In this document: positions 38,464-48,219 of the stretch, one piece after another | Layout: every line of letters begins with the position of its first letter | Position numbering within the stretch: position 1 is the first letter of the stretch | Assembly: GCA_049968255.1 (NCBI GenBank) | Contig: JBMFRB010000002.1 | Coordinates: 32,001-96,000, forward strand | Direction of reading: 5' to 3' | Source: Candidatus Sumerlaeaceae bacterium | GTDB lineage: Bacteria; Sumerlaeota; Sumerlaeia; Sumerlaeales; Sumerlaeaceae | Length of the DNA: 64,000 bases | Made by a program: the position numbers and the translations under genes | The notes under the pieces: model-generated | What the model saw: only the letters and a program-made list of their open reading frames with translations | The model's database searches: none | Told to the model about the DNA's origin: nothing

Positions 38464-39478
38464 ATGGAGCTGACACGTTCGCTTCCGTCGACAGCGGCGG
38501 TTGCGGAGTTGCTTTCGTCTCCGCGGCTTCGCATGGGCTTGTCTTTTCTGGTGAGCTAGTAGTATGTGAGCGATTGCCACTCTCTGTGGTCTGTGGCTGT
38601 ACGACAGGAGTGACAGCGGACGCTGCTGTGGTGTGGCCGATTGAGTTGGACTGCGGCTTCGGCTCGGCCTTATTGTCGCCCGAAAACATTCTACGGAGCT
38701 CCTGAATGGATGGTAAATCGCCGAGACTCTTGAGCCCGAACGTTTTCAAAAACAGATTGGTTGTTATGTAGAGCTGCGGACGACCAGGTATCTCGCGCTT
38801 CCCACCCACTTCGATCAGGCCGAGGTCGAGGAGCGTATGAATCGAGGCTGTAGAGTCCACGCCGCGGATTGCTTCGATTTCGGCTCGCGTGATTGGCTGC
38901 TTGTATGCGATGATGGCTAAGGTCTCCAAGGTGGCCTGCGACAGGGGATTGCGACGGCGGCTCGGTTTGAGCCGAAAGATCCAGGGCGCGTAACGCGGTC
39001 GTGTCGCCATCTGGAAGCCGCCTCCCACTTCAACAATCTGCACGCCGCGAGGGCAGCTATCATACTCACGTTGGAGCTCAAGCAGCGCAGTGCGAACTTC
39101 GCTCTGGGTTGGGGTGCCGAGAATTTTTGTAAGGCGCGCCACGCTTAGCGGCTCCGTTGTCGCGAACAGCAACGATTCCAAAGCCGCTTTGACCTCGGCT
39201 GGCGACGAAAGCGGGGGAACCTCGCCTTCCTCGTATCCCTGTTCTTGGCTTGGTAACGTCTCTTGTCGCTCGGTCGCCAAGGTTTCTGGCGTGCTTAGTT
39301 CGCCTGCTGATTGCAAAATATGTGAACCAACACACTCGTTCACACCTAAATTTTCAGCCGATCCAGCTGCACCCTCCGCTAATTGCGCGGTCAGTGGAGG
39401 ATTAGTCAGACTGGCGTCGTTTCCTGTTCCCTCAGGCAGAGGAAGATTCTGATCGTCCATCATCGTCACTCTGATCAT
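38450..39478 (-). CDS. scpB: SMC-Scp complex subunit ScpB with disordered termini
   Basis: LESLLF, LSQA.LETLAIIAYKQPITRAEIE.IRGV and GRP.LY.TT..FL..FGL..L.DLP motifs. Confidence 0.95.
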   Translation of the reverse strand: MIRVTMMDDQNLPLPEGTGNDASLTNPPLTAQLAEGAAGSAENLGVNECVGSHILQSAGELSTPETLATERQETLPSQEQGYEEGEVPPLSSPAEVKAALESLLFATTEPLSVARLTKILGTPTQSEVRTALLELQREYDSCPRGVQIVEVGGGFQMATRPRYAPWIFRLKPSRRRNPLSQATLETLAIIAYKQPITRAEIEAIRGVDSTASIHTLLDLGLIEVGGKREIPGRPQLYITTNLFLKTFGLKSLGDLPSIQELRRMFSGDNKAEPKPQSNSIGHTTAASAVTPVVQPQTTESGNRSHTTSSPEKTSPCEAAETKATPQPPLSTEANVSAPFSHE

Positions 39479-40208
39479 TGCGGGCTACTAGGACAATGGT
39501 GTCAAACGCGCAGTTCTGATGGATGCGTGCTCGCTTCAATCGGACGAGCTCGAGCACAGCCAGAAAGGTAGTGACAATTTCGAGCTTGTTCAGGCAGCGC
39601 AAAAACAGAGCCATAAGGTCTATTTCCTTTTGCCCGACCAGGAGCTCTTCGATGTATTCCAATTTCTGCTCAACCGTGAACTGTTCCGTTAGTGAGGGAA
39701 GGGCACGGCTCGATTCCAGGTAGCGGAGCACGCGCGCAAGAGCGCGATAGAGAAGGGTGACCTCAGCCGAGATTTCCTGCGCGGTTTCAGGCTGGATTGC
39801 AACCGGTGTGGTCCGGTAGAGGACAAGTGCATGCTCCTGCTCGCGCTCCCGGAGCACAGCAGCAACTTCTTTGTATTTGCGATACTCGACAAGTCGTTGC
39901 ATGAGCTCGCGGGCGGAAAGAATCTCTCCGAATTCGTCTTCCTCGGCTTGCTCCTGATCTTCACTCGCCCCGTGAGCAGGCAAAAGAGTGCGCGCCTTGA
40001 GATGAATGAGGGTGGCCGCCATCACCAAAAATTCACCTGCCACTTCGAGGTCGAGTTCCTTCATGACTTTCAGGTAATCGATGTACTGGCGCGTAATTTC
40101 CGCGATCGGAATGTCATGAATGTCCATCTCGTTGATTTTGATGAGATGGAGAAGCAGGTCGAAAGGGCCTTCGAAAACAGGTAGCTTGATGGTGTAGATT
40201 CTCTCCAT
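39432..40208 (-). CDS. scpA: SMC-Scp complex subunit ScpA
   Basis: FEGPFDLLL.LI, AGEFLVMAA.L..LK.R.LLP and TFLAVLEL motifs; start ATG 40208. Confidence 0.95.
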   Translation of the reverse strand: MERIYTIKLPVFEGPFDLLLHLIKINEMDIHDIPIAEITRQYIDYLKVMKELDLEVAGEFLVMAATLIHLKARTLLPAHGASEDQEQAEEDEFGEILSARELMQRLVEYRKYKEVAAVLREREQEHALVLYRTTPVAIQPETAQEISAEVTLLYRALARVLRYLESSRALPSLTEQFTVEQKLEYIEELLVGQKEIDLMALFLRCLNKLEIVTTFLAVLELVRLKRARIHQNCAFDTIVLVARNDQSDDDGRSESSSA

Positions 40209-40861
40209 CAGCGCAGTGCCCACTCTAGCAGGAGTGTTGCGGGCAGCCGAAAGCCGATAGCCAGTAAACGTTGAAATGGAGGAACGAACGCCACAAGGAG
40301 CCAAAGGATAATAAAGCCATAGCGTGTCAGCCCCACCCAGGCATCCCACAATTGCGGCATTCGTCGCACAAGGAAATAATAAACGAGGCTGCTCCCGTCG
40401 AGCGGGGGGATGGGCAGCATGTTAAAGACGGCCAGCACGAGATTGAGCTGGATGAAGATCGCAGCAAGCTTCGGGATGAGGCCGGCAAGGGCAACATTTG
40501 ATTCTGCAGCGGGAAGCCCCAACTTAAGTGCCAAAGTGGCAATTAACGCTAACAAGATATTTGACGCTGGACCCGCAAGGCTCACCCACACAATCCAGAT
40601 TTCTTTTCGGAAACGAAGCTGATTGACTGGAACGGGGCGAGCCCACCCAATCATGGGAAAGTTCAGCAACAAAGCTGCGATCGGCAGAATAATTGTGCCC
40701 ACCGGATCGATGTGCACGAGCGGATTGAGGCTGAGTCGTCCCGCGTAAGCTGCGGTTAGGTCGCCAGCCTTTTTGGCGGTCCAGGCATGCGCGAATTCGT
40801 GAAACGTCAGGGCAAAGAGAAACACAGGGATAAACAGAAGGATGTGTGGATCTAATGTCAT
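40208..40861 (-). CDS. Site-2 protease (M50 family)
   Basis: HEFAH, GRLSLNP..HID, AGP.SN and FN.LPIPPLDG motifs. Confidence 0.93.
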   Translation of the reverse strand: MTLDPHILLFIPVFLFALTFHEFAHAWTAKKAGDLTAAYAGRLSLNPLVHIDPVGTIILPIAALLLNFPMIGWARPVPVNQLRFRKEIWIVWVSLAGPASNILLALIATLALKLGLPAAESNVALAGLIPKLAAIFIQLNLVLAVFNMLPIPPLDGSSLVYYFLVRRMPQLWDAWVGLTRYGFIILWLLVAFVPPFQRLLAIGFRLPATLLLEWALR

Positions 40862-40923
40862 CGAGGTCCTTTCTTTACCTTCCTAAGCTGGATCGCCGAA
40901 AAAACTACGCCCCTAACACGGCA

Positions 40924-42993
40924 TCATTCGTTGCGATATCTCTGCGTCTCGGAGGTGGAAGTGTCGCAATTCGTAACATCAACCACCGCCACAAGCCCGT
41001 GGGTGAAGAATGGGTGGCTTGCACGATAGAGTCCGCGTTCACGAAAACCATTCAGCAATTTGCAGGGACATGCCGTAATTTCACTGCACCAATCCTCAAG
41101 AGCGCGATCAATGTCCGGATCCACTGCGAAAATCTCCATGGTAAACAATCTTTTTCGCAGACGCTCTTGGATCAAGCTCCCTACCCAGATTCGTTGGGAG
41201 CCAATACAAATTTTCGTGGGCCAAAAGCGAAGGATCAGTCTTATCTGAGCCTTGCGTTTTTCCAGTGTGTACACAGCTGGATGTGCCTCGACAAAAGCAG
41301 GAAAGATCGGCGCCTGAATCTCGCGCGTGTAAAACGCTTGCGGGCGGACAATGCGCCAGCCCTGCCGCTCAAGTCTGTTTGCAAGGTCGGCGGCCTCTCC
41401 TATCACCACCATATCGATGGGCACACTCCGCCTCCCTGTAAGACGAGTGGCGTACCTGGGTAATCCAGCTAGGGACTGCGTAAGTGACGTAAAGCTCTGC
41501 TTGCAACTTGGCCGCACTGTATCAAGCTGCTGAGATGAGGGGGGCACACTACGGAACCCGGCCCAAACGCTCATCGACAAAAGCGCAGCAGCAGCCAGAA
41601 TCATTGTCGCCAACGAACGGCGCTCCTCGCGCCATTGCACTCGGCTGGAAATCGTGGCCATGGCCAGAGCGCTTCCGAGTCCAAGAAGACAGCCGCCGAG
41701 TACGTCCGTAAGGTAATGCACACCGAGATAAACCCGAGAGTACGACACAAGGAAAATGATCGTAATAGCGAGTGCCCCCCATGCTACACGAAGTTGCCGA
41801 TTTTCTGTGTTCCGCCAAGCCCATACACAAGTGGCTGTGAAGAACGCAGAGACCACGGCGCAATGATTGCTTGGAAAAGAAAAACCTGTTGTCGGAAGGA
41901 AAAAAGCATTTTCTGGACGCGGACGTTGCAAAAGCCACTTTATCCCCCAGCCAATAGCCAATCCAAGGGCGGGGCTACCCGCCAGCAAGAGAGCACTGCG
42001 GCGCATCCGAAAGGCTGAGCATACTGTCGCGAGGACTATTGATGTCCACAAGATGGCACGCGGCTCGCCAAGCGAGGTAAGCTTGGCGAGAAAAATCGCA
42101 ATTGCCGGTCGGCGAACCTGTGCCAGGAAATTTACTAAAGCGCTGTCAAAATAGGCAAGGCGATGCGAACGTGTGGCAAACAGTCCAAGTAAAAGCGCCA
42201 CGATCCACAAAACACCAGTTCCTAAAAAGCGCACGGTCGCTCTCCATCCCCACTTTGACGAGAGACTCAATCGCCGCTCGATGAAATGGAAGATTGTAGG
42301 ATTGAACTGACGGCATTGTTGATAGGCCGGACTCGCAACAACACGCCGCCCTAGCCGCTCGATTGCCTGCCCCGCAAAGCCGGCCAAGGCGACCAGTGTG
42401 CGGCTTAGCCATATCGCAATTGCTACCGAGACAAGGCTGACCGCTAGCAACAACGAAAACTCTTCCACATAGTTCGCTGCTTCACGCCAGCCAGCGCCGA
42501 GAATAAATCCCACGCCTAAGTGGACAGCGGTCCAAATAGCGCAGGCAGGGACCATCCACAGCGCGAAGCGTGCGGGGGAATATCGTACTGCTCCCGCGAG
42601 AAATGAAAGAATTGGGCGAAGCACTCCTGAAAATTGGCATAGCACAAAGTAAAAAGGTCCCCATCGGCGGAGCTGGTTTTCTACTGCATCGAGCAAATTG
42701 CGGCGAAAAATCAGGGCATCCTCTGTAAAAAGTCGCCTCCCCTTTTTCCAGCCAATGACATAGTTGCTTATTTCCCCAAGATAGTGAGCAACAAACACAA
42801 TGGCAGCAATTGTTTCGATGTCAAACATCTGTACAAAACACAGAAAGCCGACGAATGCGAGAAAGACCGAACCAGGGAGGAATTGTCCAATTGCGATGAC
42901 AGTTTCGAAAAAAACGACAACAGCAACTATAACGTAGCCCCATGTGCCGAGGCTCGTCAGTAGTTCGCCGACACGGTCGAAAATGTCAGTCAT
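40924..42993 (-). CDS. DedA-PAP2 phosphatase-LssY C-terminal fusion protein
   Basis: DedA (E....G..LPG), PAP2 motifs K....RPRP, SFPSNH and SRVYLGVHY.TDV.GG, C-terminal DPDID; start probably 42993. Confidence 0.85.
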   Translation of the reverse strand: MTDIFDRVGELLTSLGTWGYVIVAVVVFFETVIAIGQFLPGSVFLAFVGFLCFVQMFDIETIAAIVFVAHYLGEISNYVIGWKKGRRLFTEDALIFRRNLLDAVENQLRRWGPFYFVLCQFSGVLRPILSFLAGAVRYSPARFALWMVPACAIWTAVHLGVGFILGAGWREAANYVEEFSLLLAVSLVSVAIAIWLSRTLVALAGFAGQAIERLGRRVVASPAYQQCRQFNPTIFHFIERRLSLSSKWGWRATVRFLGTGVLWIVALLLGLFATRSHRLAYFDSALVNFLAQVRRPAIAIFLAKLTSLGEPRAILWTSIVLATVCSAFRMRRSALLLAGSPALGLAIGWGIKWLLQRPRPENAFFLPTTGFSFPSNHCAVVSAFFTATCVWAWRNTENRQLRVAWGALAITIIFLVSYSRVYLGVHYLTDVLGGCLLGLGSALAMATISSRVQWREERRSLATMILAAAALLSMSVWAGFRSVPPSSQQLDTVRPSCKQSFTSLTQSLAGLPRYATRLTGRRSVPIDMVVIGEAADLANRLERQGWRIVRPQAFYTREIQAPIFPAFVEAHPAVYTLEKRKAQIRLILRFWPTKICIGSQRIWVGSLIQERLRKRLFTMEIFAVDPDIDRALEDWCSEITACPCKLLNGFRERGLYRASHPFFTHGLVAVVDVTNCDTSTSETQRYRNE

Positions 42994-43585
42994 GGGTAGG
43001 GGCGTAAAGCTCGTACTCACGAATGTAGCCAAGCACCCGCGCGGGAACGAGCATACTCACATCCTTTCCCTGGGCGAGCAGCGTGCGCACATGAGAACTG
43101 CTGAACACTGGCTTGAGCGTCTCCTCCACGGCCCCAGTGTCCTCAATGTGACCAATCCGAGGGATGACGTAGATAGGAAACTCACCCTGCAACGTATCAG
43201 AATCGCGCCAGCGCGGCAACTCCTCCACAAGGTCATCGCCAATGAGCAGGACAATTTCGGTGTCTGGATAATGGGTTTTGAGGTGTCGCAGCGTCTGGAG
43301 AGTGTAACTTGGTGGAGGCAGACTTTCCTCAACCCCAGAGACATGAACGCGGTCGCCAAGATGCTCGAAGGCAATGCGCGTCATGCGCAGCCGGTGGGCA
43401 AACTCTTCAAGCTTTTTCTCAAGTGGATGCTCAAAAGTTGGTGCAACGACCACGAAGTCGAGCTGCCAGCGAAGCAACGCGTAATGCACGGCCAGCACAT
43501 GGGCGATGTGCGGAGGATTGAAGCTTCCGCCAAAAAATCCAATTCGGCGTGGTATGCGGTAGGCTTCCGAGGGAACACCGCTCAT
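42986..43585 (-). CDS. nadD: Nicotinate-nucleotide adenylyltransferase
   Basis: FGGSFNPPHIAH, SYT..TL, IG.D...L..W, SSS.VR and V..YI..Y.LY motifs. Confidence 0.9.
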   Translation of the reverse strand: MSGVPSEAYRIPRRIGFFGGSFNPPHIAHVLAVHYALLRWQLDFVVVAPTFEHPLEKKLEEFAHRLRMTRIAFEHLGDRVHVSGVEESLPPPSYTLQTLRHLKTHYPDTEIVLLIGDDLVEELPRWRDSDTLQGEFPIYVIPRIGHIEDTGAVEETLKPVFSSSHVRTLLAQGKDVSMLVPARVLGYIREYELYAPTHD

Positions 43586-44610
43586 TTTGTTCTCCCTGCG
43601 AGATAATGGGTTATCGTTGTCAGGCTCGTACGAAGCGGCTCCGGCAAGGAGGTTAGACATTTCAAAGCTTCCGTACGCAGCTCTTCACAAATGTGCTCTG
43701 CGCGTTGCAACGCACCACACTTTTTAAAGATAGAGATCGCCTTCTCGATATCATCAGGCGTAGTTAGTTCACGTGGGAGATCTAGAATGCGAAGCAGCTC
43801 GTCAAGATCGGCCTTTCCCGCATGTTCGCAAGCGTAGGCCACCATGAAACTCCGCTTGCCTTCGCGAATATCCGAGCCGATTTCTTTGCGTCCTTTGCCT
43901 TGTGTGAGATCGATGAGATCGTCGCGAATCTGAAAGAGTGGGCCGATAAACAATCCGTAACTATTCAGGGCCTCTTCTATTTCCTGGGGTGCCTCCGCAA
44001 CAAATGCTCCGGCGATCAGCGGAGCTGCGAGATAGTAACCAGTTTTCTCGCGCACGACTTTCAGATACTGGTCAATGGTAATGCGCTGATCACGCATGTT
44101 GATATCCATGGCTTGGCCTCGATGTGTATGATCCAATGTTGCAGCCATCAGTGCGAAAAAGCGCAAGACGGTGCTCTCCGGCAAGCAGTCAAGGCCGGAG
44201 AGAAGCGCACTAAAAATCTTGGTAAACAAATAATCACCGATGTTAATAGCATGGGGCACGCCGTATTTCTTCCACACAGCAGGGCGTCCGCGTCGGTATT
44301 CGTCCCCGTCTTCAAGATCGTCATGCACCAGGCAAAAATTGTGCATAAGCTCGATCGCCGCGGCAAAAGGCATCGCGTGCTCAGTCTTGCCGCCGAGCTG
44401 TCTCGCTACTAGTAGGCACAGAACAGGTCTAAGGCGCTTGCCGTGTCCTGTTGCACCCTCGTCGAGTTCAAGCGCATATTCGAGCGCGTCGTCGAGATTG
44501 GGAATGGGTTCCTCCGGCGGCGCCACGAGCTGGCTCAAATAGTCTTCCACGGCCAGTGCAGCTTGGCTAAAAAAAGTTTCAAGTTCTGGTGTGAGAAGTC
44601 CGGTTTTCAT
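43582..44610 (-). CDS. Short-chain polyprenyl diphosphate synthase (GGPP/FPP synthase)
   Basis: GKRLRP, FARM HDDLED..RRG, GQ.MD, KT and FQIRDD..D SARM motifs. Confidence 0.92.
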   Translation of the reverse strand: MKTGLLTPELETFFSQAALAVEDYLSQLVAPPEEPIPNLDDALEYALELDEGATGHGKRLRPVLCLLVARQLGGKTEHAMPFAAAIELMHNFCLVHDDLEDGDEYRRGRPAVWKKYGVPHAINIGDYLFTKIFSALLSGLDCLPESTVLRFFALMAATLDHTHRGQAMDINMRDQRITIDQYLKVVREKTGYYLAAPLIAGAFVAEAPQEIEEALNSYGLFIGPLFQIRDDLIDLTQGKGRKEIGSDIREGKRSFMVAYACEHAGKADLDELLRILDLPRELTTPDDIEKAISIFKKCGALQRAEHICEELRTEALKCLTSLPEPLRTSLTTITHYLAGRTK

Positions 44611-44634
44611 TGGTACTCATTACGGCGCAGTTCT

Positions 44635-45453
44635 ATGGGAAAATTGAAGCAAAAACTGCGAGAGGAACAGATCTGCCGACAAGGGGAAGCGGTGACGGCT
44701 ACCTCACAAGCCATTCGTTTGCACAAGTTTCTTGCCCAGTGTGGTTACGGCTCGCGACGCAGCTGCGAAGAGATGATCCGTCAAGGGCGAGTGGTAGTGA
44801 ACGGCCTCCAAGTGCGAGAGATGGGTGTGAAAATTGTGCCGGGCAGAGATTGTGTAGCCGTTGATGGCAAGCCGGTCCTTACTCTGCGTGAGCCACTAGC
44901 TTATTATGTTATCAATAAACCACCTGGCTACATCACATCTCGGCAAGACGAGCGTGGACGCCCGACTGTTTTTGAGCTGCTCCGCGATGTTCCAGAGCAT
45001 GTGTTCCCTGTCGGCCGCCTCGACAAAGATTCCGAAGGACTTTTGCTTCTCACAAATGACGGCGAGCTTGCTCACCGGCTTATGCATCCATCGTTTCGCG
45101 TGGAAAAAGAGTATTGGGTGGAAGTGCAGGGGTATCTCGATGAGGAAGCTATTTCGAGGCTTGAATCCGGCCTTACGTTCGAAGGTGTGCGCTACGAGCC
45201 AGCACGGGTTCGATTGATTTCGCGCAGTCCTGAGAAGAGCTACGCCACAATCACGATCAGCGAAGGGAAAAAGCGTCAGGTGCGGCGCATGTGTCTTGCT
45301 GTTGGGCATCCCGTGCAACGACTCGTCCGAATTCGTGAAGGATGCCTCGTGCTCAACAAGCTCAGGCCGGGAGAATACCGTCGCCTAACGCCTAGCGAAA
45401 TTCATGACCTTCGCCGCGAAGCTCGCCTCGACCCTGTGCCTGAGGATCAGTAG
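44635..45453 (+). CDS. rluB: rRNA pseudouridine synthase (RluB/RsuA family, S4 domain)
   Basis: RL.KFLA..G..SRR, NKP.G, VGRLD..SEGLLLLTNDG and EGK.RQVRRM motifs. Confidence 0.9.
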   Translation: MGKLKQKLREEQICRQGEAVTATSQAIRLHKFLAQCGYGSRRSCEEMIRQGRVVVNGLQVREMGVKIVPGRDCVAVDGKPVLTLREPLAYYVINKPPGYITSRQDERGRPTVFELLRDVPEHVFPVGRLDKDSEGLLLLTNDGELAHRLMHPSFRVEKEYWVEVQGYLDEEAISRLESGLTFEGVRYEPARVRLISRSPEKSYATITISEGKKRQVRRMCLAVGHPVQRLVRIREGCLVLNKLRPGEYRRLTPSEIHDLRREARLDPVPEDQ

Positions 45454-46352
45454 CCGCGTCCCTGTGCAGCTGCGCCTTTCACGATGCTCACGCTTGCGCT
45501 TGCGCCAAGGCGGCTAGCGCCGCTTTCCATCATCTTCTGTGCGGTCGAACAGTCGCGAATGCCCCCAGATGCTTTTACGCCCATGTCATCTCCGACAATG
45601 CGGCGCATGAGCGCAATATCCTCAGGGGTTGCGCCACCCGGACCAAAGCCGGTCGACGTCTTGACAAAGTCAGCTCCTGCTGCTTTGGCCAGCACACATC
45701 CAGCAATCTTTTGGTCTTCGTTCAAAAGCCCTGTTTCGAGAATGACCTTTACAATGTGTCCGGCTGCGGCTTTCACGACTGCGTGGATATCATCGTAGAC
45801 GTAAGCGTAATTGCCGGCCTGAAGTTGCCCCACATTAATGACCATGTCGATCTCATCGGCGCCGTGCGAAACAGCGTAGCGCGTTTCGAAAGCTTTGGCA
45901 TCTGTGCTCATCGCACCAAGCGGAAAGCCAACGACGGCGCACACCTTTACCCCTGAGCCGGCAAGCAGGCGCGCGCAGAGCTCGACATAGGCACTGTTTA
46001 CACACACACTGGCGAAGTGATATTGCAGGGCTTCAGCGCACAATCGCTCAATGTCTTTCTCTGTCGCATTCGGCTTGAGGAGCGTATGATCAATATAACG
46101 CGCTAAATCTTCGCACCGAAATTTCTCACCACCCGTGCAGACGATGCGCTCCGCTCCGCGACGAATCATTTCGCGGCTTGTCTCTATCAGCTCTCGTTGC
46201 GAATTCTCCTCTTGCGGAAGCTCGCCTGCTCGCACCGAGGTCAGGGGGTGCATTGCCGGATCTGTTGGGGCCTGCTGGTTCAAGACGATCGTGACTCGTC
46301 GAACGACTTCTTCGACAATAGCGCTAAGCTCTTCCGGCCGAAAATGGTCCAT
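45447..46352 (-). CDS. deoC: Deoxyribose-phosphate aldolase with about 80-aa N-terminal extension
   Basis: IDHTLLKP, VGFPLG, EIDMV.N, KVILET, FVKTSTGF, VKASGGIR and GA.R.GAS motifs. Confidence 0.95.
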   Translation of the reverse strand: MDHFRPEELSAIVEEVVRRVTIVLNQQAPTDPAMHPLTSVRAGELPQEENSQRELIETSREMIRRGAERIVCTGGEKFRCEDLARYIDHTLLKPNATEKDIERLCAEALQYHFASVCVNSAYVELCARLLAGSGVKVCAVVGFPLGAMSTDAKAFETRYAVSHGADEIDMVINVGQLQAGNYAYVYDDIHAVVKAAAGHIVKVILETGLLNEDQKIAGCVLAKAAGADFVKTSTGFGPGGATPEDIALMRRIVGDDMGVKASGGIRDCSTAQKMMESGASRLGASASVSIVKGAAAQGRGY

Positions 46353-46357
46353 AAGTC

Positions 46358-47893
46358 TTAAGACTCCTTGTTCGGAGCAGGCTCTTGCTCTCGGTTTTCC
46401 TCATCGCTGCGGAGCATCTCAGGCTTGAGCAGCGGAAACAGAATCACATCGCGGATCGAGGGAGAGTTTGTCAAGATCATCACGAGGCGATCAATGCCGA
46501 TCCCTAGGCCGCTCGCAGGCGGCATTCCGTATTCGAGCGCGCGAATGTAGTCTTCATCCATCTGATGTGCCTCCTCGTCTCCGCGGTCCCGCGCTTCCAT
46601 CTGTTCCTTGAACCGTAGGAACTGCTCTTGGGGGTCGTTGAGTTCGGAATAGCCGTTTGCGATCTCCATTCCCCCGATGTAGAGTTCGAAGCGCTCGGCG
46701 ACAAGTGGATCCGTCGGCTTGGATTTTGCGAGGGGGCTCACTGCCTTAGCAAATTCTGTGATGAAAATGGGCCCCGTGAGTTGAGGCTCAACTAACGCCT
46801 CGAACATGTCTATAATCATCTGGTACGACGGGCCGTCAAACTCCGGCGTGAAAAAGGGCGCAATTTTTTCCTTCGTCAGATGCGGTGGATCATCCCAGCG
46901 AAGTTCAAGATTCTCTGCGCCAGAAACAAACTTTCGGATAGCATCGAGGTAAGTAAGGCGCGGGAACGGCGGGCCAAGGTCAAATTCCTGTCCGTCGAAC
47001 ACAAATTTAGTCGTGCCGAAAACGCGCAGCGCCACTTCCCGGATGGCTTTCTCGGTCAGATTCATTGTGTTGCGGTAATCCCAGTAAGCGGTGTAAAGCT
47101 CGAGCATGGTGAACTCAGGATTGTGGCGCGTCGAGATCCCTTCGTTGCGAAAATTCCGGTTTATCTCGAAAATCTTCTCGAATCCACCGACCATAAGACG
47201 TTTCAGGTAGAGCTCCGGGGCGATCCGCAGATAGAGGTCTATGTTGAGCGCATTGTGGTGGGTCTTGAACGGCCGCGCATTTGCTCCGCCGCAAATCGGA
47301 TGCATCATAGGGGTTTCGACCTCGAGGTAGCCCAGGTCCATGAGATATTGACGCATCGTCGCGACAATTTGGCTGCGCTTCACGAAGGTGGCCCTCACAT
47401 GATCGTTGACGATCAAGTCCACGTAGCGCTGCCGATATCGCGTTTCCTGATCGCGCAGGCCGTGCCATTTCTCCGGTAGCGGACGCATGGATTTCGCAAG
47501 AATCTGATAATCGTGTGCAAGAACCGTGAGTTCGCCTGTCCGCGTGATAAAGACTTCTCCCTCGACTCCCACGAGGTCGCCCACGTCGGAGTAGGTCTTC
47601 AGCACGTAAAATCCACGTTCGGGAACCATGTCTACTTTGACGTAGCACTGCAGCGCCCCGGTCTCGTCCTTCAGGTGCAAGAACGCTGCCTTGCCCATCA
47701 TTCGAAGAGCAATGATACGTCCAGCAACGCGAACTGTTTCCTTCGATGCGATCAATGCCTCGGAGTTATTCTTCACAGCCTGCGTGCTATGAGTGGGATT
47801 CCAGCGATGAACAAAAGGCTCGATATTCTCGCCCCTCATCCGTTGCGCCTTTTGATAGCGGCCGCGGATGATTTCGTTCCAGTCATGTAGCAT
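46358..47893 (-). CDS. lysS: Lysine--tRNA ligase (class II)
   Basis: R.MGKA.F, LPEKWHGL, RYRQRY.DL, LRIAPEL.LKRL, FRNEG..HNPEFT and G.GIDRL motifs. Confidence 0.98.
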   Translation of the reverse strand: MLHDWNEIIRGRYQKAQRMRGENIEPFVHRWNPTHSTQAVKNNSEALIASKETVRVAGRIIALRMMGKAAFLHLKDETGALQCYVKVDMVPERGFYVLKTYSDVGDLVGVEGEVFITRTGELTVLAHDYQILAKSMRPLPEKWHGLRDQETRYRQRYVDLIVNDHVRATFVKRSQIVATMRQYLMDLGYLEVETPMMHPICGGANARPFKTHHNALNIDLYLRIAPELYLKRLMVGGFEKIFEINRNFRNEGISTRHNPEFTMLELYTAYWDYRNTMNLTEKAIREVALRVFGTTKFVFDGQEFDLGPPFPRLTYLDAIRKFVSGAENLELRWDDPPHLTKEKIAPFFTPEFDGPSYQMIIDMFEALVEPQLTGPIFITEFAKAVSPLAKSKPTDPLVAERFELYIGGMEIANGYSELNDPQEQFLRFKEQMEARDRGDEEAHQMDEDYIRALEYGMPPASGLGIGIDRLVMILTNSPSIRDVILFPLLKPEMLRSDEENREQEPAPNKES

Positions 47894-47901
47894 AAAACGT
47901 C

Positions 47902-48219
47902 CTATAACTTGCGTAAAGTCTGATCGAGTCGTTCGATGATGTCGTTGACGCGGCGCTTCACTTCTTCGGTGAGCCCGACTTCAGCATGGATGTCGTCTTT
48001 GAGTTTAAACAGCTCCACGGCGATCATCAAAGCCGCCTGAATGGCGAGTCGACCGGTGTCGCGACTGCTGCCCGCATCGTGCAGCTGGCGGATCATCTGG
48101 TCCACGTACTGGCCCGCTTCTTCGAGCCGCTGTCGCTCATTCGCAGGCGCGCGCACCACAAAGCGCTGGCCGTAGATGTCGAGCTCTACGGTGACCATGT
48201 TCGAAGAAAGATCACTCAT
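47902..48219 (-). CDS. zapA: Cell division protein ZapA
   Basis: V...IYGQ.F, L...A..VD..I and RLAI.AAL.IA.E motifs; start 48219 or 48198. Confidence 0.85.
   Translation of the reverse strand: MSDLSSNMVTVELDIYGQRFVVRAPANERQRLEEAGQYVDQMIRQLHDAGSSRDTGRLAIQAALMIAVELFKLKDDIHAEVGLTEEVKRRVNDIIERLDQTLRKL

Noticed and set aside
47894-47901. 6S RNA downstream of zapA
   Set aside because: Only 8 nt separate zapA from lysS.
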